Source of the DNA: Ostreococcus lucimarinus
Lineage: Eukaryota
Length of the DNA stretch: 64,000 nt
Assembly (NCBI GenBank): GCA_000092065.1
Contig: CP000590.1
Direction: 5' to 3' (one strand)
Part shown: in pieces, positions 7,985-17,264 of the stretch
Position numbering within the stretch: position 1 is the first letter of the stretch
Layout: every line of letters starts with the position of its first letter
Notes under the pieces: generated by a model
Told to the model about the DNA's origin: nothing
The model's input: only the letters and a program-made list of their open reading frames with translations
Database searches by the model: none
Made by a program: the position numbers and the translations under genes

Positions 7985-10750
7985 TCAGCCCTTAATCGCC
8001 TTCGAGATGATTTCAAAGAGATTCGGCGACAACTTTTGCGCAAGCAATCGTTCGAGTTGCGCCTTCATCAGGTTTTGGCGATTTTCGTCGTACAACCGCC
8101 ACTTCGTGAATGGTGAAGCCATTCTCGAAGATGCCTGCGGGTTAATGGCGTCGGTTTGCAGCAAAACATCGGCGACGAATTCGTATCCGCTGCCGTCGGC
8201 GGCGTGGAAACCTTCGATGTTGCCGCCGGCGAAGCCGCCAATGAGGGAGTAAAATTTGTTCGGATTCTTCGCGTCGTATACGTCACTCGCCATGAGTCGC
8301 TTCATTTCGTCGATGGCGTTGGCGCCTCCTTTACCGGCATCAGAAGCAACCATGCGAAGCCAAGTGCAACTGACGTTGTTGTCATCCTTCCACTTGTTCA
8401 AAAAGTCATCAAACGCCTTCTTCTTCGCGGCGGAAGAATCGTCGTGTCCGCACAGACCAGTGAGCGCGGAGACGGTATCTGTCATGTTCTTCGCGCTCGA
8501 GTACGCGCTTGCGATGGAGCTAGACACGTCATCACCACCGATAGAGCCCAACATACGAATCGCGTATCCACGCAAGGCACGTCGCGAGACCTGCGGTCCG
8601 TCCACGTCGTACGCCAAACCGGCGGCTTCGGCATCGCAAGTCGCCAACGCCGCCTCGAGCTCGACGCGAGATTCCTTGGCAAACGCGCGAGCAAATGCCT
8701 TGCACACCCTATACGTATTCACCGGATTCACACCAGGGGCGAGATCTTGAATCAACTGGCTAGGTCCAGGAAAATTCAGTGCTTCCTCGACCCACGCACG
8801 ATCGAGGCGATTGGCGGTCGCGTCCTTCACGATCAGACAGCAAGCCGCGGAGTATATCGCCCATGACGGATCCGAAGTAACATCCACATCTTCAATTTTG
8901 AGCGCTTTGTCATCGTTGTGCTTTTTGCACAAGCGAATCAAAATACTCGTCGCAATCTTCTGCGCCGCTTCCCATCGGTTGAATTCATCGCTATCGTTGG
9001 CGAGCAAGAACAACAACTCATCCGTGGTGAGTTCTGGAGTCATCGTGAGCTTGACTGGCGCAGAGAACCCGCGCAAAACGCTCGGCACTGGCTTGGACGT
9101 TATGTTGGTGAAGGTAAACGTCTGTTTGAACTCAGTCAACCGACACACCGCCGTCGTCTTCGTTTCGTCCAAAGTCGCCTCGGCGTCGCCTTCACACTTG
9201 ATATCGCCATCAAGCACCATATCTTTGCCATCTTCGCCGAGCAAACCGACAGCGACGGGAATGAGCTGCGGTAGTTTCTTATCCGCCGCGCCCTTCACAT
9301 CATTCGTCTGTGGTAACGTTTGCGTTAAAGTCAACGCGTACGTTTTCGTGACGGCGTCGTACGTGCCTTCGGCGTTGAGCGCCGGCGTGCCCGCTTGAGA
9401 GTACCAACGCTTGAGCTTTTCAATGTTCGTCGAGTTTGCGTCCGACATGGCTTGGAAAAAGTCCTCCGTCGTCACCGCTTGACCGTCGTGACGCTGAAAG
9501 TACAAGTCCATGCCCTTGCGAAACCCGTCCTTGCCCAAGAGCGTCGAGTACATTCTAATGAGCTCCGAACCCTTCTCGTATACAGTGAGGGTGTAGAAGT
9601 TGTCAATTTTTTGATACGCCTCGGGTCGAACTGGATGCGCGAGCGGCGACGCATCCTCCGCAAACTGCGCCGCACGCAAGTATCTCACGTCTGCGATACG
9701 CTTGACCGCGCGAGAGTGCAAATCGGACGTAAACTCATGGTCTCGGAACACAGTCAGACCTTCCTTGAGCGACAGTTGAAACCAGTCGCGGCAGGTGACG
9801 CGGTTGCCCGTGTAGTTGTGAAAATATTCGTGACCAATGACTCCTTCGATGCGCTCAAACGTCGCATCTGTCGCGCTCTCTTCCGACGCCAACACCAAGC
9901 GAGAATTAAAAATGTTCAAAGACTTGTTTTCCATCGCGCCCATGTTGAAGTCGTCCACGGCGACGATGTTGAACAGATCCAAATCGTACTCCAAACCAAA
10001 GCGATCCTCGTCCCACTTCATCGCTCGCTTCAAGCTTGCCATGGCGAAATCGCATCGATCGATGTTCTTTGCCTGCGCGTAAATCTTGAGCGCCACTTCG
10101 CGACCACTCATGGTCGTGAACGTGTCCTCGACCACCGCTAAATCGCCCGCGACGAGCGCGAACAAGTAGCACGGCTTTCGCCAAGGGTCTTTCCACGTCG
10201 CAAAGTGCGCGCCGTTCGCCGCGTCGCCTGAATCAATCAAATTTCCATTCGAAAGCAACACCGGATACTTGGCCTTATCCGCCGTGATCTTCGTCGTAAA
10301 CACGCTCATGACGTCCGGACGATCGGGATAGAACGTGATGGACCGAAATCCCTCAGCCTCGCACTGCGTGCAAAACGTTCCGCTCGATTTGTACAACCCA
10401 CTCAGTTCCGTGTTATCCTGCGGCTTAAACTTCGTCGTGATCTCCAACTCAAACCTCACGTCGGGCGTGTCTTTGATTATCATCAGCGTGTCGTCCCCAT
10501 CCGCCTCAATCGAGTACCGATCCGCGGGTAACGTCTCGCCGTTCACGCGCGCGCCGAGCAGCTCAAAGAACGGCATCTTCCCGTTCAGCACCAGCCCTCG
10601 CGTGCGGTCGCGTCCTTCGATCGGCGTAATCACCGACATCGCCGTGACGGTGGCGTACTCACCATCGAGCGCGAAATCGAGCGTTACCTGCGCGCGCGCG
10701 CGCGTCAGTCGTCGGTTTTCTTTAATATTTCTCAGAGTTTCAGATCGCAT
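7985..10750 (-). CDS. pepN: Aminopeptidase N, M1 family, bacterial PepN type
   Basis: GAMENKSLNIFN exopeptidase motif. HEYFHNYTGNRVTCRDWFQLSLKEGLTVFRDHEF gives the HExxH-(18)-E zinc site. Near-colinear with E. coli PepN as I remember it, from N-terminus (LDFALDGEYATVTAMSV) to C-terminus. Confidence 0.92.
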   Translation of the reverse strand: MRSETLRNIKENRRLTRARAQVTLDFALDGEYATVTAMSVITPIEGRDRTRGLVLNGKMPFFELLGARVNGETLPADRYSIEADGDDTLMIIKDTPDVRFELEITTKFKPQDNTELSGLYKSSGTFCTQCEAEGFRSITFYPDRPDVMSVFTTKITADKAKYPVLLSNGNLIDSGDAANGAHFATWKDPWRKPCYLFALVAGDLAVVEDTFTTMSGREVALKIYAQAKNIDRCDFAMASLKRAMKWDEDRFGLEYDLDLFNIVAVDDFNMGAMENKSLNIFNSRLVLASEESATDATFERIEGVIGHEYFHNYTGNRVTCRDWFQLSLKEGLTVFRDHEFTSDLHSRAVKRIADVRYLRAAQFAEDASPLAHPVRPEAYQKIDNFYTLTVYEKGSELIRMYSTLLGKDGFRKGMDLYFQRHDGQAVTTEDFFQAMSDANSTNIEKLKRWYSQAGTPALNAEGTYDAVTKTYALTLTQTLPQTNDVKGAADKKLPQLIPVAVGLLGEDGKDMVLDGDIKCEGDAEATLDETKTTAVCRLTEFKQTFTFTNITSKPVPSVLRGFSAPVKLTMTPELTTDELLFLLANDSDEFNRWEAAQKIATSILIRLCKKHNDDKALKIEDVDVTSDPSWAIYSAACCLIVKDATANRLDRAWVEEALNFPGPSQLIQDLAPGVNPVNTYRVCKAFARAFAKESRVELEAALATCDAEAAGLAYDVDGPQVSRRALRGYAIRMLGSIGGDDVSSSIASAYSSAKNMTDTVSALTGLCGHDDSSAAKKKAFDDFLNKWKDDNNVSCTWLRMVASDAGKGGANAIDEMKRLMASDVYDAKNPNKFYSLIGGFAGGNIEGFHAADGSGYEFVADVLLQTDAINPQASSRMASPFTKWRLYDENRQNLMKAQLERLLAQKLSPNLFEIISKAIKG

Positions 10751-10780
10751 CGCGTCGCGTCGCGTCGCGTCGCGTCGCGT
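10751..10780. repeat. (CGCGT)6 pentanucleotide microsatellite abutting the PepN start codon (5'UTR)
   Basis: Direct reading gives cgcgtcgcgtcgcgtcgcgtcgcgtcgcgt, immediately upstream (in gene orientation) of the ATG at 10748-10750. Confidence 0.8.
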
Positions 10781-10981
10781 CGGCGCCGCACCTCATCGTA
10801 CGCGTACGGGAACGGGGCGTAATCACTGAGCCTGATTTCTTTGGGTTCGGCGGTGGCCGTCATCGCGTCGGGTCGCCGAGTGTGGACGCGGCGGCTGCGG
10901 TCCAACTGTCTCGTCGTTTCCAGATGGTACTACGCGCCGGTACGCGCGTCGGTACGCGCGGGCAATGGGCAATCGTCGTTA

Positions 10982-12022
10982 TTACAGCGCATCGTCGAGA
11001 AGCAGCGCGCGAAGGGGCGCGCGCTCGACGTTTTTATTCTTGAGCGCACCTCGAAGGACGCACGGGATGGGAAGCGCTCGCTCGCGCGCGCGCGACACGT
11101 CCGCGCGAGCGCCGCTCGAGAGGCACGTCAAACCGCCGGCGGCGGACGCTAAACGCAACGCGTCCGCACACGTCGCGTCGCTCGCCATCGCGGCGCAGAA
11201 GGCACCGACAAACGCATCTCCCGCACCGACGGTATCGATGACGGTTTCGTCGTCGCCGAAACGCATCGCTTCGACGCGCGCTTCGTCTTGGGAATTTCCA
11301 TCGCCGTCGCGAACAAACGCCTCGCGAAACGTCAGATCTCGCGTCATCACCAATCGCGCACCAGCCGCGCCCATGGTGTACACAATCGCTCGATTCCGCT
11401 GCGGTCGATCGCTCGCCCGCGTCGGCTCGTCGAGAATCTCGTACGCCTCTGAGATTGCTCGAGCTTCGCTTTCGTTGACGACGACGCAATCCACCTCCTC
11501 TATCAATTCCAACGATATCTCCGTCGCTGGCGCGTAATTCAACACCACGACGCACCGAGGGTTCACCGTTCGCATCATCCGCACCGCGTCTAAGTTTGCG
11601 CTCACCGGAACTTCTCCCTGAAGCGCCAAAACCGCGCTCTCGTCGCCCTCTCTAAAGCGCGCGCGCGCCGCGTCGTTCGCGCCGGCGCACACGACGATCA
11701 TGTTTTCCCCCGACGCGCGCTCGCACAGCACGCACGCGGACCCAGTGGGCAACGCATCGTCGCGCGTGACTTCCCGCGCGATCACGCCCGCGCGCTCGAG
11801 CTGCGCGACGCTAAAATCGTCGTCTCTTCCGACGCGTCCCCAAAAGTGCACTTCGACTTCGACGCCCGCGCGCGCCGCCGCGCACGCCTGATTCGCCCCT
11901 TTCCCGCCCGCGAGCCTGGCGTACGCGCTATCGCCCCCCACGGTCTCGCCCGGGCGCGGAAACGCGTCGACCGCGAACGCGTGGTCGACGTTCACGGAAC
12001 CGAAGACGGAGAGTCGCGGCAT
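10982..12022 (-). CDS. rbsK: Ribokinase (PfkB carbohydrate kinase family)
   Basis: Starts MPRLSVFGSVNVDHAF. GGKGANQA motif. C-terminal DTVGAGDAFVGAF anion hole/catalytic Asp motif. The ORF track extends it to 12955 through R-rich low complexity that overlaps the divergent neighbour. Confidence 0.85.
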   Translation of the reverse strand: MPRLSVFGSVNVDHAFAVDAFPRPGETVGGDSAYARLAGGKGANQACAAARAGVEVEVHFWGRVGRDDDFSVAQLERAGVIAREVTRDDALPTGSACVLCERASGENMIVVCAGANDAARARFREGDESAVLALQGEVPVSANLDAVRMMRTVNPRCVVVLNYAPATEISLELIEEVDCVVVNESEARAISEAYEILDEPTRASDRPQRNRAIVYTMGAAGARLVMTRDLTFREAFVRDGDGNSQDEARVEAMRFGDDETVIDTVGAGDAFVGAFCAAMASDATCADALRLASAAGGLTCLSSGARADVSRARERALPIPCVLRGALKNKNVERAPLRALLLDDAL

Positions 12023-12058
12023 TGTGACGCTCGGGACAGCGCGCGCCGAGCGTTCGCG
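12023..12058. promoter_or_regulatory. About 36 bp divergent intergenic spacer between the ribokinase and ESF2/ABT1 start codons (putative bidirectional promoter)
   Basis: Start codons of opposite-strand genes sit at 12020-12022 (-) and 12059-12061 (+). Inference only; no motif identified. Confidence 0.3.
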
Positions 12059-12919
12059 ATGGGCGCGCGCGCGCGCGCGTCGCGCGACGCGCGCGACGAC
12101 GACGACGCGAACGACGCCGACGTCGACGCGCGCGCGGCGCCGGCGCGGCGCGCGCGCGAAGAAGACGAAGAGACGACCGCCGCCGGGAGCGCAAAGAAAC
12201 CGACGCTCGACGCGAAGGCGCTCGAGCGCGTGCGCGCCGATCACGCGCGACGAGGGGTGGTGTTCCTCGGGACGATCCCGCCGTTCATGAAACCGACGAA
12301 ACTGCGACAGTTGCTGAGCGTGTACGGGGAGACGGATCGAATGTACTTGGCCGCGGAGGACCCGGCGACGCGGGCCAAGCGGAAAAAGTTTGGAGGAAAC
12401 ACGGGGAAGAAATACGTGGAGGGATGGGTGGAATTTCGGAATAAGAAGGATGCGAAACGCGCGGCGGAGATGTTGCACGGGCGGGAGGTCGGAGGGAAGC
12501 GCAGGAGCGCGCATTATTACGATTTGTGGAACATTAAATACCTGCCAAAGTTCAAGTGGGACAACTTGACGGAGGAGATGGAATATCAAAAAGCGCTTCG
12601 AGAGAAGAAGCTGCAGCTCGAGCTGTCGGTGGCGAAGAAGGAGCGAGACTTTTATCTGGCCAAGTTGGATCAAGGCAAGGCGTTGGAGGCGATGAAGGAA
12701 CGGCGGGCAAAACGGCGAGCGGAAGCGGGCGCCGAGGATGGCGAAACCGAGGAGCAGGCCTTGGCGAGATACGAGCGAGAGAAGGCCGAGGAAGACAAGG
12801 CGGAGAGGAAGAAAATTATTCGCACGTTCAAGCAAAAGGCCGTGGAAAACCCGACGTTCGTGGATACGAGTAAGGAACTCGCAAATATGGATTTGCTGAA
12901 GAGCATTTTCACATCGTAA
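12059..12919 (+). CDS. ESF2: ESF2/ABT1-family nucleolar RNA-binding protein (pre-rRNA processing)
   Basis: Conserved ABT1/ESF2 RRM-like core: VVFLGTIPPFMKPTKLRQLLSVYGETDRMYLAAED...KKYVEGWVEFRNKKDAKRAAEMLHGREVGGKRRSAHYYDLWNIKYLPKFKWDNLTEEMEY. Lys/Glu-rich C-terminal tail. Confidence 0.75.
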   Translation: MGARARASRDARDDDDANDADVDARAAPARRAREEDEETTAAGSAKKPTLDAKALERVRADHARRGVVFLGTIPPFMKPTKLRQLLSVYGETDRMYLAAEDPATRAKRKKFGGNTGKKYVEGWVEFRNKKDAKRAAEMLHGREVGGKRRSAHYYDLWNIKYLPKFKWDNLTEEMEYQKALREKKLQLELSVAKKERDFYLAKLDQGKALEAMKERRAKRRAEAGAEDGETEEQALARYEREKAEEDKAERKKIIRTFKQKAVENPTFVDTSKELANMDLLKSIFTS

Positions 12920-13009
12920 TCGCGTCGATCGATCGATCGACGTCGCGTGTAACACAAGAAGATAGCTAAAACCCTACAGACCCTACAAGACTAAAGACTA
13001 GCTAAGCAG

Positions 13010-14002
13010 TCACGCGCCCGGCGCCGCCGCTGCCGACGTTATGCGAAAGATGACAATTTCTTTGCCTTCGTCTTCGCTGCGTTGCCGATGGAGCGCCTCC
13101 ACCGAGCAACCGGTGCTCTCAAACTCTCGCACGACTTCATTCGTGTGCGGGAAAGCCTTACCGCTCGACGCATCTTCGGTCGAGCTACGGTCGCGCACGC
13201 TTAGGATGAGTTCGCGGACGCCGCTGCGGAGCAACGTCGAGGACGTCGTCACGAATGGAAGCAAAAGCTCTCGCAACCACACGCACTCAGCCGCGATCAA
13301 AATATCGGCGTCTCGAAACGTGAGCGCCGAATTTTGAAACGGATCACTCGGAATTTCATCCATCCAATTTAGCGTCGCGCGCGACGCGCTTCCCGATCCA
13401 ATCCTCGTCGCGTTCGGCCACGCGCCGAGAAGCTCCGTCGCCGGTCCCGCTCCATTCTGTTCGATATTCCTTCGTATCACGTTCTCGCACACCGCGCGCA
13501 CGTCCGTCAAAAGAACGTGCGCACCGAGCGCCGCGCACGCGAGTCCGCATTCCCCCACGCCCGCGCCCAGCTCCAAGACGCGCTCGCCCCTCCCGAGTCC
13601 CGTTCGCTCCAGGTGCGCCGTCAGCGCCTCCGCGCCCTCCCACACCCTCGCGAACCCAGTCGACGCCGCGACGTCGTACCCATCGTCGAAGAAAAACGGA
13701 TCCACCTCCACGTCCTCGTCCTCGTCCCCGTCGTCGTTCGGCTCGACGTCCTTCATCCCGATGCGCAGTTCGTGCACTTTATGCGACTCCGAACCATCCG
13801 CCGCCCGCTCCCGCACGCGCACGCGCTTCGTCCTGTGCCTGTGTCCGCACCCCGCCCACGCGTCTCGCGCGTCCACCGCCGCGCGCGCGGCGTCGCGCGC
13901 CATCGCGTCGCGCCCTGCGGTCGACGCTTCGAGGATTATCCAACCGCGCGAGGTTTTGTCCCGCGCGCGCCGCGCGTCGTCACTCACGCGCGCGCTCGGC
14001 AT
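13010..14002 (-). CDS. Class I SAM-dependent methyltransferase, Methyltransf_16-like (putative protein-lysine methyltransferase)
   Basis: FARVWEGAEALTAHLERTGLGRGERVLELGAGVGECGLACAALGAHVLLTDV (motif I GxGxG plus acidic residue at end of beta2). The start is uncertain: the ORF-track end at 14002 is an alternative start whose ATG shares the CATG tetranucleotide with the ATG of the divergent bioB. Confidence 0.6.
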   Translation of the reverse strand: MPSARVSDDARRARDKTSRGWIILEASTAGRDAMARDAARAAVDARDAWAGCGHRHRTKRVRVRERAADGSESHKVHELRIGMKDVEPNDDGDEDEDVEVDPFFFDDGYDVAASTGFARVWEGAEALTAHLERTGLGRGERVLELGAGVGECGLACAALGAHVLLTDVRAVCENVIRRNIEQNGAGPATELLGAWPNATRIGSGSASRATLNWMDEIPSDPFQNSALTFRDADILIAAECVWLRELLLPFVTTSSTLLRSGVRELILSVRDRSSTEDASSGKAFPHTNEVVREFESTGCSVEALHRQRSEDEGKEIVIFRITSAAAAPGA

Positions 14003-15212
14003 GCGTCGCGCGCTCGCGGCGATCGCGCGCGGCGGTCGCGCGCGCGCCGTCGCATCGCCGCGCGCCGACGACGTCGCGCTCCTCCGCGCGCGCGATGCGC
14101 CGACGCCGACGCGGACGCCGACGCGACCCTACGCCGCGGCCGCGGACGCCGCGCGCGCGACGGCGCCGCGGCGCGAGCTCGGCGCGGTGTACAACGATTG
14201 GACCAAGGACGAGGTGCGGGCGCTGTACGCGCGACCGCTGCTGGAGCTGGTGTTCGACGCGGCGAAGACGCATCGCATGCACCACGACCCGAGGCAGGTG
14301 CAGCAGTGCACGCTGCTGAGCATCAAGACGGGAGGGTGCCCGGAGACGTGTAATTACTGCGCGCAGAGCTCGTCGTGGAAGGGGGAGACGAAATTGAAGG
14401 CGGAAAAACTGATGGGCGTCGAAGAGGTGATCGAGGCGGCGAAGAGGGCGAAGGAGGCGGGGAGCACGAGGTTTTGCATGGGGACGGCGTGGCGAGGGCC
14501 GAGTCAAGTCGGCGCGGGACAGTTTGAACGCGTCCTGGAGATGACGAAGGAGGTGAGGGACATGGGGATGGAGGTGTGCGCGACGCTGGGGATGTTGACC
14601 CCGGAACAAGCGCTGAAGCTCAAGGATGCGGGGTTGACGGCGTATAATCATAACTTGGATACGAGTCCGGAATATTACGACAAGGTGACCTCGAGCCGCA
14701 AGTACGAGGATCGGTTGAACACGATCGCCGCCGTGCGCGAGGCTGGTATTTCCGTCTGCTGCGGTGGAATTCTTGGTTTGGGCGAAGAGGAGTCGGATCG
14801 GGCGAGTCTGATGACGGTGTTGGCGACGCTTCCCGAGCATCCGGAGAGCGTTCCCATCAACGCGCTGGTGCCCGTGGAGGGAACGCCGTTCAAGGACATG
14901 ACTCCGCCCAGCGGTCTCGAGATGGTGCGCGCCATCGCCGTGGCGCGCATTTTAATGCCCGCCACCGTCGTTCGATTGAGCGCCGGGCGTGTGAACATGA
15001 GCCCGGAGACGCAAGCGTTGTGCTTCATGGCTGGCGCCAACAGCGTCTTCACGGGCGATAAACTCTTGACCACGCCGAATAACGAAAAGAGCGAAGATTC
15101 TTTCTTGTTCGAAGAGCTCGGTCTCGAGGGCCGTCCGGCTTTCGTGCCGTACGCAGCGGGCGCGGCTTCGAGCGATGGAAGCGAGTGGAAACACATGAAA
15201 CACGAGTTGTAA
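14001..15212 (+). CDS. bioB: Biotin synthase (radical SAM), organellar presequence
   Basis: CPETCNYCAQSS gives the CxxxCxxC radical-SAM cluster. BioB-type downstream core (TRFCMGTAWRGP, GMEVCATLGMLT, YNHNLDTSPEYY). Presequence MRRALAAIARGGRARAVASPRADD. The ORF track starts at 13761, but that region overlaps the neighbouring gene. Confidence 0.9.
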   Translation: MRRALAAIARGGRARAVASPRADDVALLRARDAPTPTRTPTRPYAAAADAARATAPRRELGAVYNDWTKDEVRALYARPLLELVFDAAKTHRMHHDPRQVQQCTLLSIKTGGCPETCNYCAQSSSWKGETKLKAEKLMGVEEVIEAAKRAKEAGSTRFCMGTAWRGPSQVGAGQFERVLEMTKEVRDMGMEVCATLGMLTPEQALKLKDAGLTAYNHNLDTSPEYYDKVTSSRKYEDRLNTIAAVREAGISVCCGGILGLGEEESDRASLMTVLATLPEHPESVPINALVPVEGTPFKDMTPPSGLEMVRAIAVARILMPATVVRLSAGRVNMSPETQALCFMAGANSVFTGDKLLTTPNNEKSEDSFLFEELGLEGRPAFVPYAAGAASSDGSEWKHMKHEL

Positions 15213-15248
15213 TTTTCTGAATTTCTATCTGAGAGTTCATACATCCTC

Positions 15249-16079
15249 CTATCGACCTAACCAACGCGCGAAACGCCTAAAGCGAGCGGCGAAATAATAT
15301 AATTCCTCGTACGCGAACAGCACGACCGGCAAGGTGTAATACGTCGTTCTGTACATCACCAACGCCGAGAGGGACGCAAAAAAACTGCCTTGGATTCCGG
15401 TCAAGTATTGGAAACCGTCCTTCATAAAGTCCAACGCGCTCAGCGCCCAATCACCAGCGCCTACGAGTTTTGCAAACAGCACAAAACCAATCATTCCAAA
15501 CACACTCACGCACATGCACGCCGCGTACGACGAGCAACACGCCAACACAAACATCGCCGCAAACGGGGCGCCGTAAAACCGGATGAAGAATTTCACGACT
15601 TCAAATTTGTTACTATACAGCTCCGCGAACGCCAGCTTCTTGCTGAACGTCCGTCTCCATCGCTCTCGCATCGTGCTCCCGAACGTCTCGTCCGCCCGCG
15701 ACCTGTGGCTGCGATGGAAAGTTCTAAACTCCAGCCCCGCGAGCGCGGCCAACTCTTCCACCGTCGCCGCGCCCCTCGCCGCGAGCGGGACGTCCACCTC
15801 CGCGTCGTCACCGCTCGTCGACGCCCGCGCGCTTTCCCGCTTCTCGCGCGTTCCGACGTCACCGCCTCGGTCACCGTTCCCCACCGCGCGCGTCGTCGAC
15901 GCCGCGAACGCGCGCGCATCCGCGACGCGTCGCCGCGCGTTCGGGACGCTTTGCGCCGCGACTGGAGCTCGCGCGGCGAGCGCGCCGCCGCCGCGCCACG
16001 CGCGCGCGCTCGTCGTCGCGCTCGTTTCGCGCGCGAATCGGGCGAGCGCGCGCGCGAGACGACGCGACGCGGCGGACAT
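15249..16079 (-). CDS. Hypothetical membrane protein with presequence (about 3 C-terminal TM helices)
   Basis: Coding-like third-position bias. C-terminal hydrophobic helices (FAAMFVLACCSSYAACMCVSVFGMIGFVLFAKLVGAG, FFASLSALVMYRTTYYTLPVVLFAY). The first ATG is MSAASRRL at 16077-16079. The ORF-track start at 16145 is a GTG codon. Confidence 0.45.
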   Translation of the reverse strand: MSAASRRLARALARFARETSATTSARAWRGGGALAARAPVAAQSVPNARRRVADARAFAASTTRAVGNGDRGGDVGTREKRESARASTSGDDAEVDVPLAARGAATVEELAALAGLEFRTFHRSHRSRADETFGSTMRERWRRTFSKKLAFAELYSNKFEVVKFFIRFYGAPFAAMFVLACCSSYAACMCVSVFGMIGFVLFAKLVGAGDWALSALDFMKDGFQYLTGIQGSFFASLSALVMYRTTYYTLPVVLFAYEELYYFAARFRRFARWLGR

Positions 16080-16134
16080 CGCGCAGTGACGCGCGCCGAG
16101 CGTTACTTTATGGTACCAAAGGCGCGGAGTTGGA

Positions 16135-17136
16135 TTAAAAGTCACGCGCGCGCTTCTTCTTGCGCGCCTTCGCCTTGGCGGGATCGAAATAAACCCCCGT
16201 CGTGGTCGTCGTGGACTTTTGCGCGCCTTTGAGCATGGCGCGGACTTTGGGATTCGGGCGCTTTTGCAGGCGCTGTTGTTGAGGCAGCGCCTCGTCGAGC
16301 GCGGGGACGGAGCACGACGAGTGCGCGGCGTACTTTTTAAGCCACCACGCGCGCTGCTGCTGCGCGTCCAGGACGCCCGCGAACTCGATGTACCAAAACG
16401 TCTCGAACGGCGTCGTGCCTTTGGCGCGAATCTCGTGACCCTGACGTCCGGGCGCCCAATACCGGTACGGCTTGGCGTCGTCGGGAATGAGAAACAGCGG
16501 TTTCGCCGCGTCGCCGATGGACGGGGCGTAGTACGATTTCCTGCACACGAAATTCGGCAAAAGCAAAAGCCACGGTTTATTACTGTCGCGACAATACGAC
16601 AAAATTCGCTTGAAATGATCGCCAGAGTACGGAGGATTGGTCACCAGCACGTCGAACTCTGGCGTCGATTTCGTCGCCACCTTTTCGTAAAAGTCCTCAT
16701 TCCGATTGTACACGTTCTCGAACCCGAGGGCGTTGAGGTGGGCCACCATGGAGCCTTCGCAATAATACGGATCGTATATTCGCAGCGTCTTCTTTTCTTT
16801 CTTCATCGCTTTCGCCAGATTAAACAAAAACGGTTCCACGTCGCGGTACGCTCTAAACGGCGTCTCGCAGTGGTCCGCCTCATCCGCGTCCGCGAACGCC
16901 AGCGCCGCCTTCGTCGCCGGCGTGACGACCCCGCTCGACTTCACCGACAGGTGCGCGAGCACTCTCTCGCGCTTCGCGCGCTTCGTCGACTTCGCGCGTC
17001 GCTTCGGTTCCGCCGAGCGCTTTTCGCCCTCGCGCGCGCCGTCGCCCTCGCGCGTCGCGCCGCCCTCGCGCGACGTCGACGACGCCCCACCGCGATTGTG
17101 AGATTTCACGCGCGCGTCCTCGTCGCGCGCGGGCAT
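16135..17136 (-). CDS. NPPY-motif amino-methyltransferase (TaqI/HemK-like gamma-class order: DPxCxGS motif I then NPPY motif IV); putative N6-adenine MTase with basic NLS-like N-terminus
   Basis: RIYDPYYCEGSMVAHLNALGF (motif I-like), then about 50 aa later FDVLVTNPPYS (motif IV). The N-terminal 70 aa are Lys/Arg-rich (KRRAKSTKRAKRER). The substrate (DNA, RNA or protein glutamine) cannot be decided from sequence. Confidence 0.55.
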   Translation of the reverse strand: MPARDEDARVKSHNRGGASSTSREGGATREGDGAREGEKRSAEPKRRAKSTKRAKRERVLAHLSVKSSGVVTPATKAALAFADADEADHCETPFRAYRDVEPFLFNLAKAMKKEKKTLRIYDPYYCEGSMVAHLNALGFENVYNRNEDFYEKVATKSTPEFDVLVTNPPYSGDHFKRILSYCRDSNKPWLLLLPNFVCRKSYYAPSIGDAAKPLFLIPDDAKPYRYWAPGRQGHEIRAKGTTPFETFWYIEFAGVLDAQQQRAWWLKKYAAHSSCSVPALDEALPQQQRLQKRPNPKVRAMLKGAQKSTTTTTGVYFDPAKAKARKKKRARDF

Positions 17137-17264
17137 GCCGCGCGCGCGCGCGACGCCGCGCGCGTCGTTTTAAAGTAAAGTCCCGAGCGCGGCCGAGCAA
17201 CCGTCGACGCACATCGCGCCGCCGCGCGCGCCGCGCGCCGTCGATTCCGCCGACGTCGCGCGCG

